The notes: generated by a model not told the origin, from the sequence alone. A stretch of DNA of 64,000 nucleotides from Planctomycetota bacterium (GCA_965223845.1 CBDCXR010000004.1:6176001-6240000); one strand, 5' to 3'. Counted from the stretch's first letter, positions 48,485-60,207 are shown. A program made the numbers and translations.

Positions 48485-51400
48485 TCAGCACTTGTCGTAG
48501 AGATCGCAACCGAGCGAATCCGCGGGGCTCGGATCCGGGCCGCAGTCGGTTCCCTCCGGTCCGTGGCCGCCGATCGGCGGGGGGCCGTCTCCGAAGAGGC
48601 GATTGAGGCCGAAAATCGGATCGGCGATGTTGTACGCCGCGTCGCCGTTCACGTCCGCGGTCTCGGTACACGGCGGTGCACTGCCGTCGCCGAACAGGTC
48701 GTTCAGCATGAAGATCATGTCGGCGATGTTGACGGCGCCGTCGTTGTTGGCGTCGCCGCGACGGAACTCTTGGCCGCCGCCGTCACCCGTCACGGTGTCC
48801 GCGCCGGCCTCGAAGTTCCCTAGGACTTCGCTCCAGCTGAGCGCGCGGTCGTACAGACGAAACTCGTTGATCGATCCGTCGAGCATGGGATCGTCCCACT
48901 GCGAGCGCCCGAGCCAGTTGTTGAGCTCGAGCATGTCCGCGATCGAAAAGTGCGTATCATTCTGGTCGACCCGCGAACCGTCGACGAAGAGCGCAACTCG
49001 ACCTTCGTCGCCGTTCCAGACGACGACGATGTGCTGCTCGACGCCGTTCGGCATCGTCGCCGCGTTGAGTTGCCGCTCGACGCCCGTCGGGCCGTCACGA
49101 TAGCCGAAACGAAGCGAGTTTCCGCCGCTTCTCGGCGTGAGGAAGAGGTTGTACGTCGTCGCACCGCCATCGGAGAAGTCTTCGCCGCCGACGGAATTGC
49201 CGAGATCGAAGAGGCGCTGCCAAGCGGGAGAGAACGCATTCCCGTTCCAGGTTGCCCACAGCTCGAACGTGACGTTGTTCCCGAGCGCCGAGATCATCTC
49301 GTTCGGAAGATCGACGTAGGCGCCGGGCGGATCCGCGGGCGGTGACTGACCGTTGTCGTTCGAGCTCTGAGCGCCGGGGTTGTTGGTGAACACGGCCTGA
49401 CCGTCGAACGCGACCTCGCCGTAGCCTATCCCGTCCGCGCCGCCGTTCGCATCGGACGCGTCGGCCGTGAACGAGTATCGGTGCGCCGGACCGCTCGAGA
49501 GATCGGCGGGCATCACCGCATTCACCGTCCAGTTGACTTCCGCGGTTCCCTCCGAGTTGGTCGCCCTGACGCGAACCTCGAACGAAGCCGGTCGGGGGTC
49601 GGGAATCGTGTAGTTCACGAGACCGCCCGGCGTGACCGTCGCGCCGTCCGGAGACAGAGCTTCGACCGTCGGAACGGGGACTCCCGAGATCGAAAGTTGC
49701 CGAGCATAGACCGTTTCGGTCGGTCCGATCTCGTCCTCTGCCGGAACGCCGGTGATCTCGGGCGCGACGGGATCGAAGAAGTCACTGAACTCCGTATTGA
49801 AGTTGTGCTCGATCTCCGCGTCCCGGAGCGTGTCCGAGTGGATGCGGAGCCGCGCGATGGAGAGCGAGCCCTTGAGCGGAATGTTGACCGCGACGCCGTC
49901 CGGCTCGAGCTGGCCCGCCACCGTGATGCGCGTGCAGCAATGGGTGTCGATGGCGCCGACGCCGAGCTCCTCCTCGTTCTGGAGAACGCCGTCGGCGTAC
50001 ACCCGTGTCGTCGTTCCGTCGTAGGTATAAACGAGGTAATGCCAGATTCCCGCCTCGGGTGCGCCCGGTGTGAAGTCATTGTCGACCCAGCCGATGTCAG
50101 CGGTCGCGCCGCCCCAGTGTCCGATGGCGCCGAAGTTGCCGTGGTCCCCGTAGTTGAAGCTCATGTTCGAACCGTCGGGACCGCCGCGCCGTCCCCAAGC
50201 GACGATGGTCTCCTCGCTCGCGATCTCTGGGTTGTACACCCAGGCCTCGATCGATCGTTTCGGATCGGGGCCGATGATGCTTTCGGGCGCATTCTCGATG
50301 CTCTGGTAGAAGTCGTCGGTGAATCCGTCCGGCGGATTGAAGGTCACGGCGGCGACACCCTCGACCGTCTCGAGGAAGGGCTCACCGACTCGCTCGAAGT
50401 CGCCGGCCTCGCTGTCTTCGGCGAGATTGGTCCAGAAATCTTCGCCCGCCGATTCGTCGTCGGCGTCGAGGTGGACGACGAGCTGACCGGCGACCGCGAG
50501 CTGGCCCACCGGGGGAAGTCCCTCGCGCGAGACCGTCCACGATGCTTCCGTTTCGCCGGCTGAGTTCGATGCCTTGATCGTGATCTCGAAGGAACCCGGC
50601 TGCGGATCGGGAAGTGGGACCGAGAGCGAGCCGCGTCGCGCGAATTTGCCCGACTCCGTCAGAGACGTATTCGCGGGTGCCGCGACGATCTCGACCGACG
50701 GCAGCGGGAAGCCATCGACCGCGAACGTCGCCGTGTACTCCGCCTCCCCGGCGAGGTAGGTCTCGTCGTCCGGCACGCCCACAAAGACGGGCGCGACCGG
50801 CGTGATCGGGAAGTCTTCGCGCTCGAGCTCGTAGTTGTTGGCGATTTGCTCATCGGTAAGGACGCCGTCGTGGATGCGGAGGCGTCCGATCGAGAGCGAG
50901 CCCTTGAGCGGCAGATTGATCGCGATGCCGTCCGGCTCGAGCTGTCCGGCGACGGTGATGCGCGTCTCGCCGTGAGTATTGATCACACCCGGTCCCAGGA
51001 CCTCGTTGTTCGCGTCGCACTGCTCTTCGCTGATGCAACCATCGGCGTAGACGCGCGTCACCTCACCGTCGTAGGCGTAGACGAGGTGGTGCCACTGCCC
51101 CGCGACCGGCGCACCCGCGGTGAACGCGTTGTCGACCCAGCCGATGTCCGGGCCGTTGCCGCCCCAGTGGCCGATCGCGCCGAAGTTTCCGTGGAACCCG
51201 TAGTTGAAGCTCATGTTCGAGCCGTCGGGACCGCCGCGTCGTCCCCAGGAGACGATCGTCTCTTCCGACGCGATCTCCGGGTTGAACACCCAAGCTTCGA
51301 TCGTTCGCGTGGCGTCCACTCCAATGAGACCTTCCGACGCGAACTCGACGCTCTGATAGAAGTCGTCGGTGAAGTCGAAGTTGAAGGTGACGGCCGTAGC

Positions 51401-51622
51401 GCCGTTGATGTCCTCGACAAACGGCTCGCCGACTTTCTCGAAGTCGCCGACGGGGCTGTCGTCGACGAGGTTGATCCAAAAATCTTCGCCGGCGGATTCA
51501 TCTCCCGCGTCGAGGTCGACGACGAGATCTTCCGTCTCGAGCTGGGCGAAGGTGTCGCTCGGAACGAAGAACGTACCGAACGCGCACACTACGGCAATCG
51601 CGACCGCGCGATGTCGGTGCAT
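48485..51622 (-). CDS. Secreted acidic LamG-repeat protein with C-terminal dockerin-like domain
   Basis: AAGGAGG RBS, signal peptide, two near-identical LamG-like domains plus a third (WQRLFDLG, NNWLGRSQW), FRRGDANNDGAVNIAD. Confidence 0.9.
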   Translation of the reverse strand: MHRHRAVAIAVVCAFGTFFVPSDTFAQLETEDLVVDLDAGDESAGEDFWINLVDDSPVGDFEKVGEPFVEDINGATAVTFNFDFTDDFYQSVEFASEGLIGVDATRTIEAWVFNPEIASEETIVSWGRRGGPDGSNMSFNYGFHGNFGAIGHWGGNGPDIGWVDNAFTAGAPVAGQWHHLVYAYDGEVTRVYADGCISEEQCDANNEVLGPGVINTHGETRITVAGQLEPDGIAINLPLKGSLSIGRLRIHDGVLTDEQIANNYELEREDFPITPVAPVFVGVPDDETYLAGEAEYTATFAVDGFPLPSVEIVAAPANTSLTESGKFARRGSLSVPLPDPQPGSFEITIKASNSAGETEASWTVSREGLPPVGQLAVAGQLVVHLDADDESAGEDFWTNLAEDSEAGDFERVGEPFLETVEGVAAVTFNPPDGFTDDFYQSIENAPESIIGPDPKRSIEAWVYNPEIASEETIVAWGRRGGPDGSNMSFNYGDHGNFGAIGHWGGATADIGWVDNDFTPGAPEAGIWHYLVYTYDGTTTRVYADGVLQNEEELGVGAIDTHCCTRITVAGQLEPDGVAVNIPLKGSLSIARLRIHSDTLRDAEIEHNFNTEFSDFFDPVAPEITGVPAEDEIGPTETVYARQLSISGVPVPTVEALSPDGATVTPGGLVNYTIPDPRPASFEVRVRATNSEGTAEVNWTVNAVMPADLSSGPAHRYSFTADASDANGGADGIGYGEVAFDGQAVFTNNPGAQSSNDNGQSPPADPPGAYVDLPNEMISALGNNVTFELWATWNGNAFSPAWQRLFDLGNSVGGEDFSDGGATTYNLFLTPRSGGNSLRFGYRDGPTGVERQLNAATMPNGVEQHIVVVWNGDEGRVALFVDGSRVDQNDTHFSIADMLELNNWLGRSQWDDPMLDGSINEFRLYDRALSWSEVLGNFEAGADTVTGDGGGQEFRRGDANNDGAVNIADMIFMLNDLFGDGSAPPCTETADVNGDAAYNIADPIFGLNRLFGDGPPPIGGHGPEGTDCGPDPSPADSLGCDLYDKC

Positions 51623-51967
51623 GATCCAACCCTCCTTTGTTCGGCGCTGATTTCGCGCTTCCGGCAGAATCAGCGAAGAGATTTCAGCCCGCTTCGTTGC
51701 GTAGGCGACAAAGATCCTGGACCCTCGACCAGACCCGCCATCGTAGGCCCAGTCGGCGGGAGCCGTCAATCGACGGATTGTCCAGGGCGCAGGATCGCAG
51801 AGGCGGTCGGACGCCCGGTTCCGCGATTCCGTGTTCGATCCACGTGCGCTAAGCCCCGCGATCGGTGGTTCGTGAACTGTTTCGCGGCGTTGGGCCCCGC
51901 AGCTTCTCGAAGGGAAATCGTCCGTCTCGAGTTGCCGCGGATCGACGACCCCGACTCCGTCAGAAGA

Positions 51968-52906
51968 CTAAAACAACCGCAGCGACTCGGAGTAACGGAG
52001 ATTCTCGCGGAGCTGTCGTGGGCTCCGCATTCCGACGAGAGCACTCGCCACTCCGGGGCGCGCGAGGGCGCCCGCGATCGCGACGGCCGCTGGCGGCAGC
52101 CCGTTCGCCTGAGCGCGCGCGATCGAGCCGCGGGCGCGTGCGACGATCTCCGCGTTGGCCTCGGCGTCGAAACGTCGGTCGCGCCGGCGAAGGTCCCGGC
52201 GACCGAGTCCCGCCACCGTCGTTCGTCCCGCGAGAAGCCCGCGAGCGAGGATGTCGAATGCGACGATCGGAATGCCTTCCCGTTCCGCGAGCGCGATCGT
52301 CTTCGACGAGTCTCGCGCGACGTTCTCGTACTCGGCGGCGTAAGCCTCGAGAGTGTTCACCGGATGCTGAATGATCGCGGGTCGGAGAGCCCGTTCGGGC
52401 GAACCGCTCTCTCCGAGCAAGACGCCGAGCTGCGCGGCGGTGACATTCGACACTCCCCACGCACCGACGAGCCCGCGAAGTCGCAAATCCTCGAGGGCGC
52501 CGCAGCTCTCGCTCACCGGTACGCCGGCATCGGGCCAGTGAAGGAGATAGAGCTCGATCCGGTCGCGCCCGAGTCGACGGAGCGATTCCTCACACTGCCG
52601 CGAGAGCGACTCGGGACGTGCGTCGTGGCGGACGCGCCGGTGATCGTCCCAGGTGAGGCCGCCCTTCGAGACGACGACCGGCCCGGCTGCGCGACCGAGC
52701 GCCTTCCCCAAGAGTTCTTCTGACCGACCGAAGCCGTAGACCGGGGCGGTGTCGAAGAGGTTGATCCCGGCGTCGAGCGCCTCCGCGATCGCTTCGCGCG
52801 CGGGTGCGGCGGGCGTCTTCCCCCAGCCGTGACCGCCGAGTTGCCATCCGCCGAAACCGAGCTCGGAGATGCGGAATTCAGTGCGTGGGACGGGGACGGT
52901 CTTCAA
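51968..52906 (-). CDS. Aldo/keto reductase
   Basis: ISELGFGGW, GINLFDTAPVYGFGRSEELLG, SLRRLG..IELYLLHWPD, GVSN; TTG start inferred. Confidence 0.88.
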   Translation of the reverse strand: MKTVPVPRTEFRISELGFGGWQLGGHGWGKTPAAPAREAIAEALDAGINLFDTAPVYGFGRSEELLGKALGRAAGPVVVSKGGLTWDDHRRVRHDARPESLSRQCEESLRRLGRDRIELYLLHWPDAGVPVSESCGALEDLRLRGLVGAWGVSNVTAAQLGVLLGESGSPERALRPAIIQHPVNTLEAYAAEYENVARDSSKTIALAEREGIPIVAFDILARGLLAGRTTVAGLGRRDLRRRDRRFDAEANAEIVARARGSIARAQANGLPPAAVAIAGALARPGVASALVGMRSPRQLRENLRYSESLRLF

Positions 52907-53078
52907 GGCGATCTCGAGGCTCGTTCGGTGAGCCCCGATTGTAACGAAGCGAGTCACCCGTCGACTCTCCCGGAGAGCGGGCCCGAGCGGTCGCGCGCTT
53001 CGAGGCCGCGAGTCTCGGCGGGTAGGGCCGAGGGAGTGGGGGCGGGAGCGGCGCCACGCGTCTTCTCCCAATCGATGC

Positions 53079-53996
53079 GTGCTCGACGGGGCTCGAGACG
53101 GCGAACGTCTCGAGCTCCATCGACTCGCCTCCTCGTCTGCCGACTCTGGTTTCATTCCGCATCCGAAGGAAAAGGGCGTGAACCTCGCGCACCTCGTCAG
53201 AGCTCGCGTGCGACTCGACCTGCGCGAAGGCGACTTCGACTCCGCTCTCCGGCGAACGCGGCAAATCCTCGAATTCGGGAGGCGCGTTGCAGGCTGCGAA
53301 TCGTTCGGAGATTCAATCGTGAGCGTCATCGTGCAGATCTGGGGACTCGCCGAACTCCGTCGCGTCGTCGAGCAGGGAACGCTCGGTTCCGACGTGTGTC
53401 GGGAATTGGTCGGCGATCTCGAAGCCTACGAATTCGATCGCCGTCGAGTCGATCGTCTCTGGGCGGCGGGTTACCGCGACGCCGTTCAGACGCTAGAGGA
53501 AAGCCCATGGCTCGGAGATTCGCGGTTCTATCTCCGGAACCGAACTCTCCAGCGCGTGGTGACCATCTATCGCGCGGAGCGAGCGTGGATGAAGGAGACC
53601 CAATGGACGGCCCCGCCGTTCCCCGAAAGCCGGGAGGCGTTTGTGCCCCCGACGCCATCGAATTGGTTCAACTCTGACGGCGAGCACGTTTACTTCACCG
53701 AGCTGGTGAGTGGCGGTTGGTGGGTCGACCCGTAGAAACTCGACTTCCAGGTCCGAGCGACTCGCCTCGTCCTCGCCATGCGAGTCTATAGACTCGAACA
53801 CGAGGTGCTCCCCGAGACGCTCGACGTCCTCGTCCCGGACTTCATCGATCAGGTGCCGATCGATCCCTTCTCCGCCGAGAAGAAACCGCTCAATTACTCG
53901 CGAAAAAATCGCGAAATCTGGTCGGTGGGCGCCGAGGATCCTCTGCACGTCCACCGTCCGGAAGAACTGGTCGTGCGGATTCCGCCGTCCTGGTGA
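53079..53996 (+). pseudogene. Hypothetical planctomycete-type protein interrupted by an in-frame TAG (53733-53735)
   Basis: ORFs 53079-53735 and 53778-53996 are in frame; read-through gives VDP*KLDFQVRATRLVLAMRVYRLEHEVLPETLDVLVPDFIDQVPIDPF...WSVG. Confidence 0.6.
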
Positions 53997-54072
53997 AACG
54001 ACGGCCGCCGGGATCGGGGTTGTCCCGTCCCGGCGGTCTTTTGGTCGGACGCGCTCGTTCGCAGATACTTCC

Positions 54073-55740
54073 TTACTCGCAGCTCGAACTCTTCTCGCAC
54101 CCGAGCCCGTCCGCCGTCGGATCCACCCCGCAGACCGCACCCGGCGCCGCGGGAGCCCGACCACTCGAGAAGAGGTAGTTGAGCATGTAGGACGGATCCG
54201 AGATGTTCACCGCGCCGTCGTCGTTCGCGTCGAGCGCGTCGAGACACTCGACGTCCGCGCTTCCCCCGAAGAGGTGCGAGAGACTGAGGATCGCATCGCT
54301 GATGTCCATCCGCCCGCTCGCGTTCGTGTCGCCGCGGCGGAAGCGCGGTTCAGACGGAGGCGGATCGACGGGGTCGACCGGGTCCTCTGGGTCCTCTGGG
54401 TCCTCGGGGTCGACGGGCTCGCAGCTCCGCACGAGATGGCCGTCGTAGCCGAGCAGCGCGAGGCCGTACCGGCTGTCGGATCGGACGACCTTTCCCGCGA
54501 CGACGAGTCCGCGACCGGTTGCCGCGATCGCTCTACCGAACGAAGTCCCGTGCTCTCGCGCGAACTCGATCGACCGAATTCCTTTCGTCGCCCACGATGA
54601 ATCGAGAACCCCGTCGTCGCCGTAGCGATAGACGACGGCGGCATCGGATTCCGACCCCACCGTGAAGAATCCATCGGTCATTCCGAGTGCGATACCCGCT
54701 ACATCGTCCGGGACGAGCGCGTGTCCGAACCCCCCCGCGAAGTCTCGGTCGATTCCACCGTCGGGATCCATCCGAAACACGCCGTTTCCCGTCAGGAGGA
54801 GGTAACTGCCGTCAGGGCGGCGAAGGACGTCCTTCGCGGAGAGGTGCGGAGCGAGGGGGAGGTACTTCTTCCCGCGACGTCCGAACGACTCGTCGAGTCG
54901 ACCGTCGGGAAGATACCGAACGGCGACCGGACCATCGCCATCCCTCCCGAGGGCGAGGATCGAGCCGTCGCCGCTCACGTGCATCGCCGAAAGTTGGGCT
55001 CGGTCGCCGAGCTTCGTGACCACGACGCCGTCGCCCCCGAACGATCGATCGAAACTCCCGTCCGGGTGAATGCGCAGCAAGGAGAACTTGAGGTTGCAAT
55101 GACCGAAGAACGGACAGTCTTCGTCGGAGAACCCTCCGAGCACAATCCGCCCGTCGAAGAGCACCGTCATCGCGTGGACCTCTTCCCAGTTGTCGGTCCG
55201 GTTGATCATGAGCTTCCCGCCGTCAGCGAAGGACTCGTTGAGTGTTCCGTCCATATTGAGACAGACAAGCGCGCGGTTCGACCGATCGTTAGTCGTGAGA
55301 GCTACGTAGATGCGGCGAGAGATTCGTCCGCCCGTGACGGCGATCGCTCGCGGAAACGCCTCCCCGCGACCGAAGCTCAGGCGCACCGTTCCTAAATGTC
55401 CGAAGTTCCCGTCGATCTGACCGTCGCGGAGGTAGCGCGTCACGACGCCTTCCCCATCGATCTGACTGGCGAGGAGGATTCTCCCGTCCGATTGAACCGC
55501 GACTCGCGAAATGAACTTGCGACCTACGCCGGTCGGGTGGGAGATCGTTCCGGTGTGAGTCCCGTTCGGGTGGAGTGCGCCGAAACCGCACTCATCGGCG
55601 CGAGCGGCGTCGGGCCCGACAAACGAGAGTGCCGCGGCGAGGAACGTCGCCGCGGCGAGAGCTCGCGGTCGACGTTCGCGGGTTCGAGGCGAACGATCGC
55701 CGCTCCCCGACGCTCGAGTTCGAAGTCGAGACGGGGCCAT
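54073..55740 (-). CDS. Delta-60-type beta-propeller repeat protein with Pro/Asp linker and dockerin-like C-terminus
   Basis: AVQSDGRILL, RYLxDGxLDxSFG repeats, FRRGDTNASGRMDISD; start uncertain. Confidence 0.85.
   Translation of the reverse strand: MAPSRLRTRASGSGDRSPRTRERRPRALAAATFLAAALSFVGPDAARADECGFGALHPNGTHTGTISHPTGVGRKFISRVAVQSDGRILLASQIDGEGVVTRYLRDGQIDGNFGHLGTVRLSFGRGEAFPRAIAVTGGRISRRIYVALTTNDRSNRALVCLNMDGTLNESFADGGKLMINRTDNWEEVHAMTVLFDGRIVLGGFSDEDCPFFGHCNLKFSLLRIHPDGSFDRSFGGDGVVVTKLGDRAQLSAMHVSGDGSILALGRDGDGPVAVRYLPDGRLDESFGRRGKKYLPLAPHLSAKDVLRRPDGSYLLLTGNGVFRMDPDGGIDRDFAGGFGHALVPDDVAGIALGMTDGFFTVGSESDAAVVYRYGDDGVLDSSWATKGIRSIEFAREHGTSFGRAIAATGRGLVVAGKVVRSDSRYGLALLGYDGHLVRSCEPVDPEDPEDPEDPVDPVDPPPSEPRFRRGDTNASGRMDISDAILSLSHLFGGSADVECLDALDANDDGAVNISDPSYMLNYLFSSGRAPAAPGAVCGVDPTADGLGCEKSSSCE
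54362..54415. repeat. Six imperfect 9-bp tandem units encoding the (V/E)DP linker
   Basis: ggatcgacg gggtcgacc gggtcctct gggtcctct gggtcctcg gggtcgacg. Confidence 0.85.
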
Positions 55741-55945
55741 CGCACCGGCCATTCGGTCGACGTCCGGCCAGCGAGCGAAACCGTGAGTCGGAGAGTAGGT
55801 TCGAGCTTCCATTCTGGGCCTCCTTGAGACGGGGTGGGTGACGAGCTGCGGATCCGTCCGCCCGGATCCACTCGCCCCCGCGCCGTCCCGCGCGAAGAGG
55901 GGCCAGAATTCTTCGTTTTTCTCAGGGTCGCGACGGAATGAGACC

Positions 55946-56578
55946 TCAGCCTCGCTCGCTTGGCGTCTCCCCCGCGCCGCCGAGGGCGTCGTAAAGCCAA
56001 GCGCGCGCAAAGCTCCAGTCGCGCTTCACCGTCCGCGTCGACGATCCGAGCACCGCGGCGGTCTCCTCGACACTCAAGCCGGCGAAGTAGCGAAGCCGCA
56101 CGGTTTCCGCGAGTCGCGCATCGAACTCTTGTAGGCGATCGATCGCGTCGACGAGTGAGAGCGTGTCGTCGGGGTCGCTCGCCGCGAGGTCGGCGACGTC
56201 GAGAAACTCCCGCGCGTTCCCGCCCCCGCGCTTCTCGCGAGACCGTCGCCGCGCGTACTCGATGAGGATACGCCGCATCGCATCGGCCGCCGCGTGAAAG
56301 AATTGCGCACGCCCGGTCATCGGACGCGCGCTGAGATCTCCGACCAGACGAAAGTACGCCTCGTGGACGAGGTCGTCCGCCTGGAGCGTGTGTCCCGCGC
56401 GCTCACGGGCGATCCGGCCGCGAGCGATCGAGCGCAGCTCGCCATAGACGACTTCGATGAGCCGATCCCTCGAGTCGACATCTCCGGCGCTCACCGCCTC
56501 GAGAAGCGACGTCACCTCGTGGGGCGGCGGTGTCGCGGGATCGGGTTCACCTCGACTCGGTCGTGGAGGCTCGCTCAC
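55946..56578 (-). CDS. ECF sigma factor, kinase-associated TIGR02999-like type
   Basis: [63 protein letters not shown]. Confidence 0.9.
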   Translation of the reverse strand: MSEPPRPSRGEPDPATPPPHEVTSLLEAVSAGDVDSRDRLIEVVYGELRSIARGRIARERAGHTLQADDLVHEAYFRLVGDLSARPMTGRAQFFHAAADAMRRILIEYARRRSREKRGGGNAREFLDVADLAASDPDDTLSLVDAIDRLQEFDARLAETVRLRYFAGLSVEETAAVLGSSTRTVKRDWSFARAWLYDALGGAGETPSERG

Positions 56579-59500
56579 GCTCGAATTCCTCGAACCGCTT
56601 CTTCCACGCTCGCTCCCGCTTCTCGTCTCCTGCGGCCTGGTAGAGCCGCACGAGTCGGTCGAGCGTCAGCCGCAGCGTCCGCTCGAGCGTACGCGGATCG
56701 TCTTTCATGTTGCGGTAGCTTTCGATGAGGAGCGTTCGCGCTTCCTTCAATCGACCTTGGCCGAGCAGGCTGTCACCGAGAGCGCTTTCGGCGGCCCAGA
56801 TCTGAATCGCGTTCTCGTCCGCGTTTTGCCTCAAGTATCCTAGGCACTCCTGCAAGATCTTTTCGGCCTTCACGTGCTTCTCGTTCCCGACGAGGACGAG
56901 TCCGTACATCAAGAGAGCCGACGCGTTCCGCGGCATCTGTTCGGGCCGCGCCGCCGCGCGGATGATTTCGACGACGCGCTCGATGTGCGGGAGCGCCGCC
57001 TCGAAGCGTGCTTCGGACTCGAGGCACGTCGCCATCGCCGCGTGGGCCCGCGCTATTCCGGCGCGAGTCGTGCCGATCCGCTCCTGCAGGTCGAACAGCT
57101 CCTTGAGGACAGTCTCCGCGCGATCGCATTCACCCGTCCGAACGTAGGCTTCCCCGAGATTGAGGAGCACGACGAGAATCGAAGGGTTTTCCGCGCCAAC
57201 GGCTTCCTTCAGATCATCGATCGTTTCCTCGAGGAGCGCCTTGGCCTCCTCCGCGCGTCCGAGCGCGGTGTAGTTCGCCGCGAGGTTGGTCATCGACTCG
57301 AGCGTCCGGGCGTGCTCGGGACCGAGAGTGCGTTTTCGGATTTCGAGTGCCTTGCCGCTCCACTCGGCGCCTTCGGAGTGGTTTCCCTCGTAAGTGAAGG
57401 TCACTCCGAGCGCCGCGTGAACCTCCGCCGTCTGGCTATGATCCGCTCCGTAGATTTTCTCGTAGGCAGCGAGCGCACGGCGGAGGTTGTCCTTCGCCTT
57501 CTCGTAGCGAGCTTGCTGGCTGTGAATGACGCCGACGTTCATTCTCGCCCGTGCGACGGGAGGAAAGTCCCCGCCGTAGACCCGTGTGCCGATTTCAATC
57601 ACCTCCTCGAAGAGCGCGATGGCTTCATCGTGGCGCTCGAGCAACGGAAGAACGGCCGCCAGATCGTGCATCCCCCGGAGCGTCTTCGCGTGCTCCGGTC
57701 CGAGAACGCGGCGGCAAGCGGCGAGAGTCTCGCGAGAGAGCTTCTCCGATTCATCAATTCGCCCGCTGTAGTGGAGCGCTCGCGCGCGATCGAAGGAGGC
57801 GGTGAGAACCTTCGGATGCTCGGCGCCGAGTTCCTTTCGCAACCGCGGAATGACCTCCGATGTCACTTTCTCGGATGCGACGAATCGTCCCGCCGCGCCT
57901 AAGACGGCGCCGAGGGTCGCGATCGCGGAGAGTGTCACGTCGTGGTCTTCGCCGCCGAGAAGTGCGGCTAGATCGCGCGTCTCCATGAGGAGGGATTCGG
58001 CTTCCTTGAGTCGGCCAAGCCTCGCCGACACCTCCGCCAAGTGGACGGTCATGCGAAGCGTCGTGAGGTCATCTTCACCGAGAACTCTCTCGCAGACTGC
58101 GCGCAGATCTCGAAACGTGGACTCGGCGTCCCGGAACCGCGCCATCTCGGAATACGTCTCGCCGAGTCCTTCGCGCGCGAGGATGGTCGGCAGAGCGTCG
58201 TCGCCGAGGCGCGCCGAACGAACCTCGATCGAACGCTCGAAGCTCGCCTCGGCGAGTTTGAAGCGACCGAGACCGAGGTGCGCTCGACCGACCGTGTGGC
58301 GGAGCGTCGCCTCGATTTCCGGTTCGTCCCGGAGAGCGTCCCAAAGGTCGGCTCGCGTGTAGTCGTCGAGGAGTTGGCGGACGGTGTAGGTCGGCCCGCG
58401 CGCGGTTTCCGGGTCGGCGGCGTGAAACATCTCGTCGATGAGCCCGAAGACGCGACGGGCGGTGTCGGCCTCGCGGCGCGCGATCTTCGCGCTCTCTTCG
58501 GCTTTCGCCTGGGCGATGCGTGCGTTTTCCTTCTCGGCGCGCTCGCGCCCCTCGGCCTCCTGTGCCGTTGTCGCTGCGGTTTGCGCGAGATCGCGTTCGT
58601 CGGCCGCGACGATGAAACCCCAAATCGCGAGCAGGAGGCCGGTGATGAGCGCCCCGGCAACGACGCCCGCTCCAGCGACCGCGACGCGATTTCGACGGAT
58701 GAACTTCTTCACCCGATACGCCGTCGAGGGCGGTCCCGCCGCGACGGGTTCGTGTTCGAGAAACCGTCCGATGTCGAGCGCGAAGGCCGCGGCGCTCTCG
58801 TACCGGCGCGACCGGTCCTTCTCGAGCGCCTTCATGATGATCCAGTCGAGATCGCCGCGGAGTAGTCGTCCGAGCTCGCGGGCGTCGACTTGGCGCGAAC
58901 CGGCGACCACCGTTCGGCTCTCGTCGTCCATCGAACTCACCCGCGTCGACGGCTTCGGCGGCGTTTCCTCGCGAATGACTCGCTGGACCTCCTTGTAGCC
59001 TCGCTCGAAGAGTTCCTTCGTGTCGAACGGAGTCGTGCCCGTGAGCAACTCGTAGAGGAGGACTCCGAGCGAATAGATGTCGCTCCGCGTATCGATGTCG
59101 AGACTCGACATCTCGGCTTGCTCGGGACTCATGTACGCGGGCGTGCCGACCATCGCGTGAAAGCGCGTGAAGAAGGTCTTTTCGGTGAGCTTCTGGTGCG
59201 TCGCCTTCGCGATGCCGAAATCGATGATTTTCGGCACGGCGCGGCCGTCGTTGACCGTGACAAGGACGTTCGACGGCTTGAGATCGCGGTGGATGATCCC
59301 TTTTTGGTGCGCGTGCTGAACCGCGTCGCAGACCGGGATGAACAGCTCGAGACGCTCCCGCGGAGAGAGGTTGTTCGCGTCGCAATATTCAGAGATCGCC
59401 ACGCCACGGACGAGCTCCATCACGAAGTAGGGACGACCCTCGCGCGTCGAACCCGCGTCGAGCACCCGGGCGATGTTGGGATGCTCCATCATCGCGAGCG

Positions 59501-59990
59501 CTTGTCGCTCGGCCTCGAACCGAGCGATCACCTCGCGCGTGTCCATGCCGAGCTTGATCACCTTGACGGCGACGCGCCGGCGCACGGGCGCTTCTTGCTC
59601 GGCCATCCACACCGACCCGAATCCGCCTTCGCCGAGCTTCTGAAGAAGCTTGTAGGGGCCGATGCGAGAACTACGGGACGGATCGAAATCCGCCGACGCT
59701 TCGATCTCGCCCCCCGTCGAATCCGGCTCGGGCGCGACCGTTCCCCGCTCGACCGGAAGGGTGGGACCCGCGTCCGCTGCGGCGGCGACTCGCTGAGGTG
59801 TCTCCGAGGCGTCCGTCGCGAGAAATGAATCGGCGGCCGCGTGTGCAGCGAGGAGGCGTTCGATCTGCGCTTTGATCGCGTCGTCGTCTCCGCAAGCTTC
59901 GGCGAGAAACGATGCGCGCTTCTCTTCGGGAAGCCGTACGGCGTTCTCGAAGATCCGCTGCAACCGACTGCGCCCGTCGCGATCCGCCAT
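56547..59990 (-). CDS. Ser/Thr protein kinase with TM segment and TPR array
   Basis: [40 protein letters not shown]; repeated LGxEHxxTL TPRs. Confidence 0.95.
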   Translation of the reverse strand: MADRDGRSRLQRIFENAVRLPEEKRASFLAEACGDDDAIKAQIERLLAAHAAADSFLATDASETPQRVAAAADAGPTLPVERGTVAPEPDSTGGEIEASADFDPSRSSRIGPYKLLQKLGEGGFGSVWMAEQEAPVRRRVAVKVIKLGMDTREVIARFEAERQALAMMEHPNIARVLDAGSTREGRPYFVMELVRGVAISEYCDANNLSPRERLELFIPVCDAVQHAHQKGIIHRDLKPSNVLVTVNDGRAVPKIIDFGIAKATHQKLTEKTFFTRFHAMVGTPAYMSPEQAEMSSLDIDTRSDIYSLGVLLYELLTGTTPFDTKELFERGYKEVQRVIREETPPKPSTRVSSMDDESRTVVAGSRQVDARELGRLLRGDLDWIIMKALEKDRSRRYESAAAFALDIGRFLEHEPVAAGPPSTAYRVKKFIRRNRVAVAGAGVVAGALITGLLLAIWGFIVAADERDLAQTAATTAQEAEGRERAEKENARIAQAKAEESAKIARREADTARRVFGLIDEMFHAADPETARGPTYTVRQLLDDYTRADLWDALRDEPEIEATLRHTVGRAHLGLGRFKLAEASFERSIEVRSARLGDDALPTILAREGLGETYSEMARFRDAESTFRDLRAVCERVLGEDDLTTLRMTVHLAEVSARLGRLKEAESLLMETRDLAALLGGEDHDVTLSAIATLGAVLGAAGRFVASEKVTSEVIPRLRKELGAEHPKVLTASFDRARALHYSGRIDESEKLSRETLAACRRVLGPEHAKTLRGMHDLAAVLPLLERHDEAIALFEEVIEIGTRVYGGDFPPVARARMNVGVIHSQQARYEKAKDNLRRALAAYEKIYGADHSQTAEVHAALGVTFTYEGNHSEGAEWSGKALEIRKRTLGPEHARTLESMTNLAANYTALGRAEEAKALLEETIDDLKEAVGAENPSILVVLLNLGEAYVRTGECDRAETVLKELFDLQERIGTTRAGIARAHAAMATCLESEARFEAALPHIERVVEIIRAAARPEQMPRNASALLMYGLVLVGNEKHVKAEKILQECLGYLRQNADENAIQIWAAESALGDSLLGQGRLKEARTLLIESYRNMKDDPRTLERTLRLTLDRLVRLYQAAGDEKRERAWKKRFEEFERERASTTESR

Positions 59991-60207
59991 CTCCGTCGTC
60001 CAAGTCCGGGTGATTCACGAGCTGTGTCTCGAGCCGATCATCGTAACCGGTTTGGGCGGAGGAGTCCGCCGTGCGGGATTTCCTCCGCATGCCGGGTCCG
60101 GTTGACTTGGTCGACGTTGGCCTACCGTTGGTCGTGCGTTCGGCGCAGGCGCGTAGTATGACTAAGATGCTCGACCCTGCGGACCTGGGGAGGCAGACGA
60201 GACCGAA

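Noticed and set aside
53733-53735. Pyrrolysine recoding of the TAG
   Set aside because: No methylamine methyltransferase context or pyl genes are visible, and the gene also appears 5'-truncated.
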